Shown: in pieces, positions 37,827 to 50,417 of the stretch
How the letters are laid out: the number at the start of each line of letters is the position of its first letter
Position numbering within the stretch: the first letter of the stretch is position 1
DNA from: Monocercomonoides exilis PA203
Taxonomy: Eukaryota > Protista > Preaxostyla
Length of the DNA stretch: 64,000 nucleotides
Direction: 5' to 3'
Assembly (NCBI GenBank): GCA_001643675.2
Contig: LSRY02000062.1
Location: 310,001-374,000 of the forward strand
Translations under genes and position numbers: made by a program
Notes under the pieces: model-generated
Told to the model about the DNA's origin: nothing
The model's input: the letters and a program-made list of their open reading frames with translations, nothing else
The model's database searches: none

Positions 37827-39228
37827 GGCATATTGTAAATATAGCGGAATTTGAATTTTAATAATTAATACTTAAAAATACAACGAAGTTAATCATTGGT
37901 TGTTTGTGAAAAATGTTTTCGTTGAAAAAATTCATTTTTCATTCTCATATTTTTTATTTATGAAATGTTTGTTTTTTACATGTTTATGGGTTTTGATCCT
38001 TGTTGTGATGCAATTTCCTGAAGCAACAGAAAAAAAATTTTCAATTGCTGACTTATCCAGTATATTTCATGATATTGATAGAGCCTGGAAGTGGTTTTTT
38101 GAAAAAGCTTTTTCGAATAAACCGAAAAAATGCTCAAAATGTCGGAAAGATATGAAAATATACAGTGAGCGAATTAATTTCAGATATTTCCGTTGTTCAT
38201 CTTGCAGAATAAAACGATCCGTCTTGCACGGAACTGTATTCAGCAAAAGCAAATTGCCCTTTCACAAAATTATGATTGTTATTTTATTCTGTTGGATTGG
38301 ATTAGCTTCAAAACATATTAAAATGTTAACAGACGTGTCTTTCTATACAATTGGTTATTGGAAAAGCGTCATAAGAGTAGTTTGCACAAGGATATGGAAT
38401 CAATCTATGGAGAAAATTGGAGGGATTGGAAAAGTGGTGGAAATCGACGAGGCAATTTGGAGGAGGAGAAAATATGCGAGAGGAAGAAAAAAGGATCCAT
38501 TGTGGATATTCAGCGCAGTGGAAAGAAAAGAAGGTGGAGGCGCAGGGAAAAATTTCGTAATGATAGTACCCGACCGTTCAAAAGAAACTTTAATTCCGAT
38601 CATTAAAAAATGGATTCTCCCAGGAACTACAATTTTCAGCGATGAATGGAGAAGTTATTCTTGCCTCGGAGAATGTGGATACACACACTTAACTGTATAT
38701 CACAAGAGAAACTTTGTCGATCCAATAACAAAGGCGTGCACGAATACTGTGGAAGGTCTCTGGAGTCATTTTAGGGGTTTTTTCCCTCGTCATGGAGTAA
38801 GAAAAACATTTATTGCGGATTGTTTATCAATGTGGCTTGTTCAACGCAATTTACATATTAATTTCGAAGATCTTTTTTCTGAAATAATCATATTTCAGCC
38901 TGAAATACAACCCATCATAATTTCTGATCAAAAAGAAATCGAAGAAATAGATGAAGAAGTTCCAGATGCAGATGACATTCTTGGAGCTGATGAGGAAAGT
39001 GAAATGGAGGATGATGAATTAGGGGCTGGGAATGGTATGGATGCTTCAGAATATGAAGATAATTAATTATTAGCAACACACAATTTTACCGAATCTTTTC
39101 TTGTTGTCATTTGATATTTCTTAATAATATTTTATTATTCAAACACATATTTACACATAACACTTTTCAAACAAGTCAAACTTTTAAAAACACTGATTTT
39201 TGAAATTCCGCTATATTTATAATTTACC
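37827..39228 (+). mobile_element. Merlin DNA transposon copy 2, complete, intact transposase ORF (about 37960-39066)
   Basis: 26 bp TIRs GGCATATTGTAAATATAGCGGAATTT and rc GGTAAATTATAAATATAGCGGAATTT. Perfect 8 bp TSD AAATTATC at 37819-37826 and 39229-39236. DDE motifs VEIDEA, FSDEW, NTVEGLW. Confidence 0.93.
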
Positions 39229-39971
39229 AAATTATCAAACGAATGAAATATGCTGGTTATTATTTAATTTCATTCTGTTCTTACAAAACTAAAGTTGAAT
39301 ATCGAAATTTGAAATATTTTAAACATCAAAACTTCGATTTTTTCAATAAAAAACATTCATATTAAAAATTATAAGTAAAAAAATTCATGCATTGATGAAA
39401 AATTGACAAAAACATAACTCTTTATTTTTGTAATTTTCAATTGATCATACACCCAGAATTGAATCAATCGGTCTTGACTCAATCAAAACGGTTTTGAGTC
39501 TCACTTTTTGGTTTTTTATGTCACTTATTGGTATTAGTCAAAGCTAATACCGCATTTCTTTATAATTTCGTTTTAGTTCTTATAGAATTTTTATTAGTCA
39601 ATTAATTAATATATTCTTTATTGACTTTCGTTTTTAATCTTTGATTTCTTGTTTTATAGTTTTGTTTCTGCGAATATTTGAAATTATATTTTTTTGCATA
39701 ATTTTTCATTTATGAAATATGTTTTTTTATTGTTAAAAAAAGATCACAGAATTAGTGAAATACATTTATTTAAAAAATAATGCAAAATGACAAGAAATTT
39801 AGATAATTTTCGTGATAAAAAAGAAGATCAAACAATTTTGGATACTGAACAAAGTATTCATATTTCAATTATATTGAAATGAATTCTCTTGAATGTGATT
39901 AAAAGAAAAATATTTCTCTTCACGTTCTCCAATCTGTTTTCCTTAAATAATTGAATAAATAAATTATAAAT

Positions 39972-40227
39972 GGGTGATTATTTTTGTAATCATTTTTTTT
40001 TCATTCATATTTTTCGGTTCGAATATTTCATTTGAACATCCTGAAAAAGAACACTGAAAAATGAAAAGACTCACAAATGACATCATCATCTTTATTTGAG
40101 CAAAAACATATGTCAATGATACAGTTGGGAAGAATTCAGCATTCAAATACAAAATCTTTTCTTAATGACAAAAAACCTATAAAAAATCAACAACCAGAAA
40201 AAATTATGATTTCAAAAATAATCACCC
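39972..40227. mobile_element. About 256 bp MITE, copy A
   Basis: TIR GGGTGATTATTTTTG...CAAAAATAATCACCC flanked by AAAT on both sides. A diverged inverted copy lies at 46875-47133. Confidence 0.75.
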
Positions 40228-41149
40228 AAATGTTCAAAACATAAATTTTGTATAAATTAATTGCTGTCGAGAATTGAATTGCAGATTTATTCAATCCAGT
40301 GTTCAGATGTGTCATCCATGCATAAAGCTGAAAAAGAAGGGAATAAATCCAACAGAGACTGTTTGTATGTTATCTCATTTGTTTGTTTATGACACAGTTG
40401 TGACAAACGTTCATTCAATTTGTGAAATTTTTTTAAATTATTAATTTTTTGACATTAAATTTTTACCTATTCATCATTAATACAAATATTCTCATATGTA
40501 TTTTGTTCTTTTTGTTATCCCAATTCGAAGTGGTTTGTTGTACTGCATAGTTTTTCCACTGAATAAAAAAATGATAAATTATGATATAATTTTCGATTTG
40601 GATGATTTCATCATATATAATTTGAATTCAAAAATAATATGCAAATTATTTATTTGGGAGAAAATACGGACTTTCAAGCTTTTTTTGTTCGAAACAATAT
40701 AAAATTTGTTTCACTTCGAACATTATTATACTTATTCAGATTTAAAAATAAATTGGCTTTTCATTACTGTTAACAAACATCATTCATATAATAACATTAT
40801 GTTTTACTGCCTCAGACGTCTTTTAAAAAATAAACCCATTTATTTCAAATTTTTTGATCACAAAAAATTCATCTAAGATGCATAATTTTTCAATGAAAAT
40901 GCCTGAAGAAAAATATTTTGTCCCACACAAACAATATCAAAAAAAAAATTCTTAAAAAAATATCCGATTTTTAACTTTGACATTTCATTAACATTTGTGG
41001 GGGAAAAATGTAAATTCAATAATGTTCTATAAAAAATAAATAACTTAACATTTTCTTTTTGAGATCCTATAAAAAAAAAAAAGAAAGAAAAAAGAAAAAG
41101 AAAAAAGAATAGTTAGTTTATTTTTTGATATACGAAAAATGTGACAAAA

Positions 41150-42100
41150 ATTTGAGCAATGATATCAATGATACTTGTTTACGGATGTGAAAATACATTT
41201 TATTGTGAAATTTTTTACTGAAATTTTCTATTTGGAGTTAAACAAAAATATCAAAATTTGTGATTAAAAAAAAGCTTTTCAGTGCGAATTTTCACTCGTT
41301 CATTCTTCAATATTGTTGCCTTTGAGTGCATATCGAACAAAATAAATTGTTGACCTATTTCGCCTTGAAAAAGTGTACAATTCTTCGTTCAAATTGAAGA
41401 TCATCAATGTCAAAATATTTTTGGTTGATTTTTAAACTATCTGAAGAAAGTGGAGAATTGTTGAAATTGAAGAGGCCTTGTTGGGAAGTTGAAAATATTA
41501 CAAAGGAAGTGGGAAACTTCAAAATTTGTAATTTGATGGTATTGAAAGGGCTAACAAAGAAAGAAAGAGCAAATATTCGATTAAAAAAGATGTGAAAAAG
41601 AATTATTAAACGTTTGTTTCGTTTATCCTATGAAACACTCAAACAAAAACAACAATTTATTCGAACTAGCTGAAACTTCACAAGTGTTTGCAAAATTTTT
41701 TTCATGTTCAGATAACTGCGCATCATAAGTGTCACTTTTTTTAGATCCTATCACAAAAGTTTGCACAAACAATATGGGATATTTTATAAGAAAAATTTTC
41801 ACATGCAATTTTTCAAAAAAAAATGCAATTTAGATAGTTTGTGCTTTGAGATTTTGAAGTTTTTACCAAAACCTGACGTGACAGACAAATATATTGAAGA
41901 GAGCCTTGCTGTGTTTTTGTCTCACCATTATCAATAAATGAAATGTTTCACATATTGAAAGAAAAATCCTGTATTTGAATCCTGAAACTGAGGAAACTGA
42001 ACAAGACCCAGAAGGCACCGTCAAAGATGAATCAGTGACAGTTTTTTTTGTACAATTATCAGAAAAGTCAAATATGAAAGAACAAGGATTATAAAATGAA
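41150..42100 (+). pseudogene. Highly decayed Merlin transposase relic (copy 3)
   Basis: Hand translation gives RIVEIEEALLGS*KYYKGSG...FDGIER (about 41455-41550) and QITAHHKCHF/LDPITKVCTNNM (about 41710-41780), matching VEIDEA..RRKY.RG..VER and HITVCHKRNFKDP....CTNT of the intact copies. Boundaries approximate. Confidence 0.7.
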
Positions 42101-42527
42101 AAATCAACATCCAGATATCAAGAGGATTTAAGTCGAGATTCCGAATAGAAAAATTTTTGACACTTTTTTTCGTTTTTCACGACATTTTTTCTTCCAACAT
42201 TGCATTAAATAAAATGAAACAAAAATCGTTTCCTTATGAAAATATCTTTTTTATTCACATATCAACAAATTGTTTCCAACTGGTCATGTGATTCCCTTTT
42301 TCCTAAATAATTTTTGATTTCATTCAATTAATCGGAGGATGGTTCATTTCATATTTATTTTTGTCACTGGCTCATTTAAAAACTAAAAAAGTGGTTTAAA
42401 AAGAAATTTTCATGTGAAATATGTTCAGTATAAACAGAAAACTTTAATTCTTCAATTTTCGATCCACCTTTTTTAGGATCTTTTAAAGTTATTTAATAAC
42501 AATTATAAAACAGTATTCAAAATCTCA

Positions 42528-42565
<38 letters not shown>

Positions 42566-43099
42566 TAAAAAACCATCAAAAAGAAAAACTGACATGAAAA
42601 ATGAAAAACAAAGAAATACAATTGAAGTACATAAATTAAAAATTTAACAATGTGTTATTTTTGATTCCCTATTTTTCATTTTTTGAAAAATGAAATATCG
42701 TTTTTTACGAAAATATGTGTAAATTTTTTTTTTGAAATTGGAACGTCATTCGGTATGTTGTTTATTATGAAAATTCATTTTCACAGAAAATAATATTTTC
42801 TTAGAAATAAAAAAAACAATTTTTCAAATATATAAAAAGCAAATGTTTGATGTGTAAGAATGACAGAGACATTTGTTGTTTATTGTCATCACCTTTCTGA
42901 ATTCGTTGACATATTTTTAAAAAAAATATTATCAAACCAAAAATTTTGTTCAAAAAATTTCATTTTGAAAATAAACACAAAAATTAGTTTTAATTATTTG
43001 GTTATTATTTTGTTTTCCATTTGAATTTATCTTTAAATAATTGCTTTTTTCGTAGAATTTAAATAATTCACATTTTTTTCAAATTGTTTTTCCACGTTT

Positions 43100-44030
43100 T
43101 CTCAATTGAAAATAAGACATTGCAGCTCAAACTTTTTATCATCTTCTTTCAGATCGTTTGCCTGAATTTTAGATTTGTCAGCCACACAGCTATTTCAATG
43201 TCAATTTTTGCGTCATCCAGCCCATAATGATATCTGCTAGCACATTGCTTCCACAGTCGTTTCATCCTTCCGAAAAACAATTCAACAGGAATCCTCTTTT
43301 TAGCTAACTGTGCATTGTATTTGATCTCTTCTTTGGCTTTAGTATTTTTTATAGGAGTTATTAACTCCAAACCTTCCACCACCGCCTGATATCCTCGATC
43401 AGCCATTATTTTCCATTGAATGTTGAATTCATTCAGCCCATTCTTTTATCTGTTCGCATTAGTGATTTGCAAGTATTCGCGAAATGGATATAAATCTTTC
43501 TTCAATGGAGAGAAATCATGAATATTCCCCTCAACGATTTCAGATGTGAATAAAGCTTCAAAAGGATATGAAGCTGAAACAAAAAGTTGTATTTTCTCAC
43601 TATAAACTTTATGATGCCCATCCCAAAGAAGTTTCTGATTCTCGAAACTTCGGACAAGCTTTTCGGTGCGTATTGAAGTTGCATCTGCTAAAATTACCAC
43701 TGCTCCATATAAGTAAACACTTTCAATGAAAACTGGTCTTCTTTTTTTAATAATTCATTCTTCTCAACACTTGTTGTTAATATGGATGTGCAAGATTTAT
43801 CGAATCAGAAATTTTGTGGTTAGTCTTACTTGACCACAAACCTATTTGTGTCTGAGTTATCTCCGAAGACAACCATTCCAAGTAACAAAGCTATTTGTCT
43901 GCATAGGAAAAAATACACTTTGAACCTCTCCTTTGTATTTTAAAAATTGGGCTATCGAGTTCGCTTGCAGTAGGAAAAATCTGACATTCCGACAGTTAGT
44001 ATCAATGAAATGTCTTTTTTGTTCAAATAA
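43100..44030 (-). pseudogene. Decayed PIF/Harbinger-superfamily (DDE_Tnp_4) transposase (copy 3, distinct subfamily)
   Basis: ILADATSI...LWDGHHKVYSEKIQ...GNIHDF...MADRGYQ...LITPIK...YNAQLAKKRIPVELFFGRMKRLW...AVWLTN, split by stops. Confidence 0.75.
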
Positions 44031-45628
44031 ATTCGTTCAATTTTCCTTCTTTGTTCTGGGGAAGGAAGATCTCATATATTTGTTGTAAAAATACGAGTTT
44101 AAATTTTTTGTTTATAAAAATCTGATTCTGAAATTGAACGCTCGTTAACCTTTTTATTTTCTTCATCGTAAACTTTTCTGAAATAAAACAAAAATAATAG
44201 TTGAACAATAATTCAACACAAAAATGAAACAAACTCATTTTCTTATGCTTCTGGTTAAGAGTTTGTAATGTGATTCATTTGATTAAATTTTGTTTCGCTT
44301 GAGTAACAAGAAGTTTTGTTTGAACTCAAAGCTGAAGCATTTGTTACCAATTATAATGATTCTTGTGAATAATGTATTCAGCTTGAAGGAATTACAGTCT
44401 GAATGTCCGAATATTCACACGGAAAGCTTGAATTGTGTGATACAGGATTTTTTCATTATAATAATAATAACCGATTAATAAAAAACTGTGTTTTGTTTTT
44501 TATGAATTATGAATGAAGAACACAGTATAAATGGATCAATGCGATGCAAATAATTTTTTGAATGAAGATTTATCCTCAGCCTAAGTTGGAAAACTTGTGA
44601 TTCAAAACACAAACATATGTGCCAAAATAATTAACTCCAGACATTTTCATTTAATAATTAAGCACTTTTGATAACAATTGTGAATAAAAAAATGCAATAT
44701 TAATGAATTCATTTTTTGAAATTCGTTTGAGGCCACAAAATATTTTGGAAGAATGAAAACGATATTTTTTGACAAATATGAAATTCCAATTTCGAATAAA
44801 ATCTGATAAAGTTTTAGAAAGTTTTGAGAGAAGAAAAGATATTGTTTTAAGTGCAAAAATAGATTGAAAGTTCAAAATTTCCCCCAATTTTAAAAAAATG
44901 AATAAATTATTATGTTTTCGGATTTTTCCCCATAAATATTCACCAAAATTATTCGATTTTGTGAAATTATTAATTGAATTCAAAAAAAAAACAAAAAATT
45001 GTTCGATATCAAATAACTGAAATTCGAAATCGAAAATATTTCATGAAAAATCAACATTCCATTTATCTTTAAAATTTTTCTTAGTATTTCAAAATTCAGT
45101 TTCATATCAGAAGTTTTTCTGTTACTGAATGATTAGAGATATATGAATCATAAAAAAACTATTTTGATGTTATTTTTAGGTGTTTGATGAAGAATGATGT
45201 CTGAAATAGGATATAATCACATTTTCAAAAATTCTTCACTTGTGCTCAGTTTACAAAATGATGATTTCAATAAAAGAACTTTGATTAGAAGATCCATTTA
45301 AACTTAAGACTCAAAAAAGCAGAAAAAACTTTCATTTTTACAATAATAATTTATAAAACTGGGTTTATTAGATTTTAAACAAACGAAAAAAAAATGTTTT
45401 CTTTTTTTGAAGTGAGAAAAGGATGAATAAATGTTATTCTGATGAATGGTAAATTCCTGTTTAATAATTTTATAAAAATGTTGTCAGTTTCTTATTAACG
45501 CATCTCTTCCAAAAGTGTGGACGATAAATATTTTGTCAATTCAATGATTTTGCAACACATTTTTTTTTAAATTTTCTATGATGGATTTTTACTGTTTCAA
45601 AAACTTTCAACCCTGGAAATAATCACAT

Positions 45629-46035
45629 GGAATATAATCACATAGGTTTATAGTCACATCTTTCTGTGTCCGAAAATATTTAGATTTTTTCACTCATTTT
45701 CAATCGCATTAAATCATAAAGATGAATATAAATTATCACTTTTTCAATTTCAATAGAAGGTTTTTTCAATGTGATAACGATTTTTTTAAACAAAAATTTC
45801 TTTTATTCGTAAATTGAAAATATATTAAAACAAGTCTGAAAGATATAATAAGAGATTGAAAATTGTTTATGTTGTTGAAAAATATGATTTTGTGAAATTT
45901 TTCCTAGGAAAATATTACTCAATATTGATTTATTTATTTATTAATTTATGTTTTTTCTGTGTCAAGTCACATTGCGTATAATAATTATCGGATATAGACA
46001 CAAAAAGTTGTGCGAAAACAGACGTGATTATATCC
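45629..46035. mobile_element. Degenerate MITE-like element
   Basis: Imperfect inverted termini GGAATATAATCACATAGGTTT...TGTGTC versus rc GGATATAATCACGTCTGTTT...TGTGTC. Confidence 0.35.
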
Positions 46036-46568
46036 AATTAAGAATGTTCAATATTTTGTTATTTTAACAAAAGTTTGTTCGTTGTCTGGTTAAATTTCTG
46101 GTGGAAACAATTTTTTTTCTCAAAAATATTTTCTGGAATTGAAAATTTCTTATTTTTGATTGTTGTTAACGATCCTGTCCCATTTTGAGCACAAAAACAC
46201 ATAAAAGTTTATTGTTTTCTTTTATCAATAAATAGAAAATACTTCGAACAATCATTCAATTATTAATGATTGCAAATGACATCAATAAACAAAGTATTAT
46301 CAACTGTTCTGCCAAAAGAAAAACTTTATTTCTTTCTGGAAGCATTTTAATGTGAAAGCTATTACTTTTTCTTAATTTTATGAAAGTTTTTGAATTGATA
46401 TAATTAACGTACAAAAGCAAAATTAGTTATGCAGGACATTTTCCAATCTGTTTCATAAGCACAACATTTTTTCGTTTCACATATTCAAACATTTGATTGA
46501 AATCACATTGAGATGAAGAATTTTCGGTTGTGGTTCTAAACTATTTGAGTTCGTGTTTTTATTGCTCA

Positions 46569-46569
<1 letters not shown>

Positions 46570-46628
<59 letters not shown>

Positions 46629-46678
46629 AAAAGGAAAAGGAAAAGGAAAAGGAAAAGGAAAAGGAAAAGGAAAAGGAA
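46570..46678 (+). repeat. poly(A) of about 57 nt followed by about 9 GGAAAA units (homopurine tract)
   Basis: Directly visible in the sequence. Confidence 0.95.
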
Positions 46679-46874
46679 GATATTTATTTTGTATATATAT
46701 TCTAGCTGAAAATGTCAATTTTTTGGGTTTTTTATTTGAACAATCGAAAAAAGTTGAACTCAAAATAACTATTTTTTTCACTTTTATTTCCTCTGTTGTG
46801 TTTCTATTAAGTCATTATTTTCAGTAATTACTCGTTTTTCATTTGTTAAACATAAATTTTGTTCAAAACTATTT

Positions 46875-47133
46875 GGGTGATTATTTTTGAAATCAAAAGT
46901 TTTTTTCGGTGTGTTTATTATTTATTTGTTGTTTGTTTTTGTGTGGAGATTTTTATTTGAAATGCAAAATTCATCACAACTGTTTCAAAAACAAATGAAA
47001 AAATCCGAAATAAAGATGAACATATCTTTTGTCAGCCTTTTCACTTTTTTGTGTTCATTCGAAGAAAATTTCAAAATGAATTTTTGATCCGAAATTTTTG
47101 AATGAAAAAAAAATATAACTTTTATAATCTCAC
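46875..47133. mobile_element. About 260 bp MITE, copy B (inverted relative to 39972-40227, one end decayed)
   Basis: Starts GGGTGATTATTTTTGAAATCA. Internal sequence matches the reverse complement of copy A (for example AAATAAAGATGA...TTTGTCAGCCTTTTCA). Confidence 0.7.
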
Positions 47134-47295
47134 AATAAGAAAATTAAACAAAAGGAGTTTTTCGAAAAAAATATTCCAAATCAAAATTTAATAACTCGAA
47201 TTTGTTGTTGAAGTATTTTATTCAGACGATAAAATATATTTTGATTAAATGAAATTTTGGTTTGCTCAATTAAAAGATTTGAATTGCACAATTTA

Positions 47296-47641
47296 TAGTT
47301 GGGTACAAAACCCGCACACTTGACATTTTCTTTCGAAATACTCTTCCACATTCATGTATGCGAAAGTGTTTTGCATTTTGATACCACCTATAACTTTTTT
47401 TGTCCAATATTAAGTATTTCGAATGAAAAATCAAAAATAAAAAACTTTGATCAAAAGATCAAAAAAGATCAAAAATTTTTGTTTTTGATTTTTAATTCGA
47501 AATACTTAATATTGGACAAAAAAAGTTATAGGTGGTATCAAAATGCAAAACACTTTCGCATACATGAATGTGGAAGAGTATTTCGAAAGAAAATGTCAAG
47601 TGTGCGGGTTTTTGCACAAGTGCGGGTTTATGCACACGCCA
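47296..47641. mobile_element. Palindromic (fold-back) MITE with pogo-type termini
   Basis: Near-perfect arms of about 145 bp at 47307-47452 and 47467-47612. The terminal motif AAAACCCGCAC is single on the left and doubled on the right, as in pogo copy 2. Confidence 0.85.
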
Positions 47642-47904
47642 TTATATGCAAATTTTTATGTGTACTGAATTCGTTTTTTTTCAAAATTTGCAAATAAATG
47701 ATAATTCAGTTAAAAAACTGATATTGACGTTTTTTCATTTCTTTTTCTTTCTATCTTTTTTTTCCAGAAAATGAAACAAATCGTTAATACAATCAAAAAA
47801 ATTAATTTCATTTGTTTTTATCATCAGTGAAATAATTGGAAAACAGAAAAATGAAACCATGAGCATAATTAATTCAATAAACGTGGTTGAACAATGATGT
47901 GCAG

Positions 47905-50099
47905 TCAGTGTCAAAACAGGTGAAAGGGACAAAGTCCGGGACATTTCTGTGACAAATTAATATTATAGATGTGAATTCAATTTTAAAACAAATGGGAAAA
48001 CTTACAATCAAACAAATACAAGTTATATTCTTTTGAGGTTTTTAAAATCTTGCACATCTCCAATTGATAGACATTATTTATTTTTTTGATCATATTTTCG
48101 TTGATCAAATAGAAAAAACACATAATACATACCCTCTTCCGTCCAAAAAGTTGTCACCGATTAAGGCCTCCACAGAATTCCGCAGATTATTGACAAAGGG
48201 CGAAAAATTTGAATGTCTTTTGAAACAAGAGAAAGTCAAACCTTTCAATTTAGTAGAAGAAAAAATCATTTCGTATTCATCGGTTCACTGACACATTGCT
48301 GCAATAAAAGCAGGAAGAGATCCTAATCATATTAGCCGTCCAGGATTGTTTAATAAAGAAGAAGAAAAATTGAGGATTGTGCAATCGCTCAAATATCTTC
48401 TTCAAATTATATAACTGCTTCAGATATCATCAGATTTGTGTGTCGTTTTTAATTTTGATAAATCAATCAATTTTATTTTTTACGGGCAGAAAATGTTATG
48501 ATTAAAAAAAACAAAGACCGCACACCTGCTTTGGAGTGTGGCAAAATTAGTGCAAAATGGGCTCGCAGATTTATAGTGAAATCCAATTTATAGAAATTAA
48601 TTAAACCAACTCACATTGTTCTTCTTCGATTTCAGTCTTCAATAATTGAAAATATGAGAAGTTGGTTCTCTTTATTGAAATAAGTTAAAGACGACATTAA
48701 AATTTCTTCAGACTTGAACATAAATATGCATAAAACAGGTGCATTGATGAAACAGTTAAATGAAAATGTTATCGTTTCAAAAGAAACACAATGTACTCTT
48801 CTTCCTGAGTCGTAAAGACGGAAAAAAGCAACATTGTTTTTCAGAATATTTGCTGACTTCACATCTTTGGATCCAATCATGTTGTGGCCATCACACACGC
48901 TTTCCGAGGATCATAAAGAATTAAAGTACCACCGATTTAACTGGTTAGCTAATGGAACAAAATCGATGAGTATGAACTATTTTGAAAAGATAATGATGTA
49001 ATTATTATTGCCTAAAATGAATGAGGAAAGAATCGAGCTTCTCGGAACATCTGCACATGCTTTTATTATTCTCGATAACCATTCTTCTCACCTTTGTTTT
49101 CAGATAATACCATTGTGCAGAAAACATTTTATTCATAATCTTATTCTCCCTTCACATACAACCCACCTGACTCAACCTTTGGACAGATATGTATTTGCGC
49201 ATTTTAATAATTGCTTAAAAGGAACATTTCAGGTTCCTTCAGATTCCTCTGTATCTTCATACCGAGAAGCATTAATTCCAGCTGTTTCTGATACAGTCAT
49301 CGATTCTCTTTGCAAGAAAAAAATTAGAAAATCATTTTCAGCATGTGGAATATGTCCATTTGGCACTTCTGCCGTTTATCAGAGTCTTCAACTGAACACT
49401 GAAGCCTCTTTGATGGTTGAAAAATCTTCAAACGATTCTTCACATGCAAACAGCATCAGCATGAAATTTATAACGGGGTATGATTTTTTCTGGAAACTTC
49501 ATTATTCAATTTGAAAAAAAGAAAAAAGTCTTGCTTCAAATTCTTCATTGAAACTTAACATTTTGAAATGTTGTGAAAACGAATCATCAAATATAACTAA
49601 CCAAAGCCGTTTCATTTCAGAAGAGACAGAAAGAGTTAAAACTCAGAAACATGAAAAGAAAACAATTGAATGAAACTAAACTATTTGTGAATTATAAAAA
49701 ACAGAAGAAGAGCATGTTTTTCAATCAGAAAATTCTTCCGAAAAAGCACTACTAACCGGTAAAAAAAAGAAAAGAAAATTCACTCTCGAAAGCGCTTGGG
49801 GATCAATATTTTATTTCGGTTCATAACATTTATAAAGTAGAACAATGCATTTGCTCACAATGAAGCAAACTTGTCACTTCTCATCAAAACTTCTTATTAT
49901 TCTTTACTCAATTATTTTTATTACCTATCAATATTAAAGCAGCATCATTTAGGATTTGTGAATTTCTCCATTTAAAATCAATTTCTCTTTACTGATAATT
50001 CATTCACAACAAAATAACAAAGCAGTTTTCGTATTTTATCTCGTTGATATCTTTTTGCAAATAAACTGTTCCAATTGTCACGGGTTTTAAAACTCACTA
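47905..50099 (+). mobile_element. pogo/Tigger-like (DDE_1) transposon copy 3, decayed
   Basis: IILDNHSSH, LPSHTTHLTQPLDRYVF, SFSACGICPF in ORF 49008-49514, with a frameshifted upstream part. Right end CGGGTTTTAAAACTCACTA resembles the other pogo ends. Left boundary approximate. Confidence 0.7.
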
Positions 50100-50417
50100 T
50101 ATCCTGTATCCATTATTTTTGTCTTTCTAATAATATCCGTTCAATAAAATGATAAAGAATTTTCTTTTATATGTTAGAATTTTTTTCGTTAAATCAATTT
50201 TTTTTTTTTTTTTTTTTTCGATATTAATTTTTGAAGAAAAGTTAGTTTCTTTTTGAATAACAAAATTTTGTTTTTTGAAATCCACTATTAAGATAATGAA
50301 AGAATTTCCTCAATAATGTTACATAAGAAATTTTTTTGTTTTTCGATTTCGTAATCGAATTGGTAATTTTCCAATACAAATTTATTTCTTTTTCGAATTT
50401 GAATCATTTTTGATGTA

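Noticed and set aside
46566-46781. ORF ending in FPFPFP/poly-Phe; possible telomeric repeat
   Set aside because: It is the translation of the poly(A)/(GGAAAA)n tract. The tract is internal and is not a TTAGGG-type array.
47299-47774. ORFs across the palindromic MITE
   Set aside because: Chance ORFs in a non-coding inverted repeat, with no protein features.
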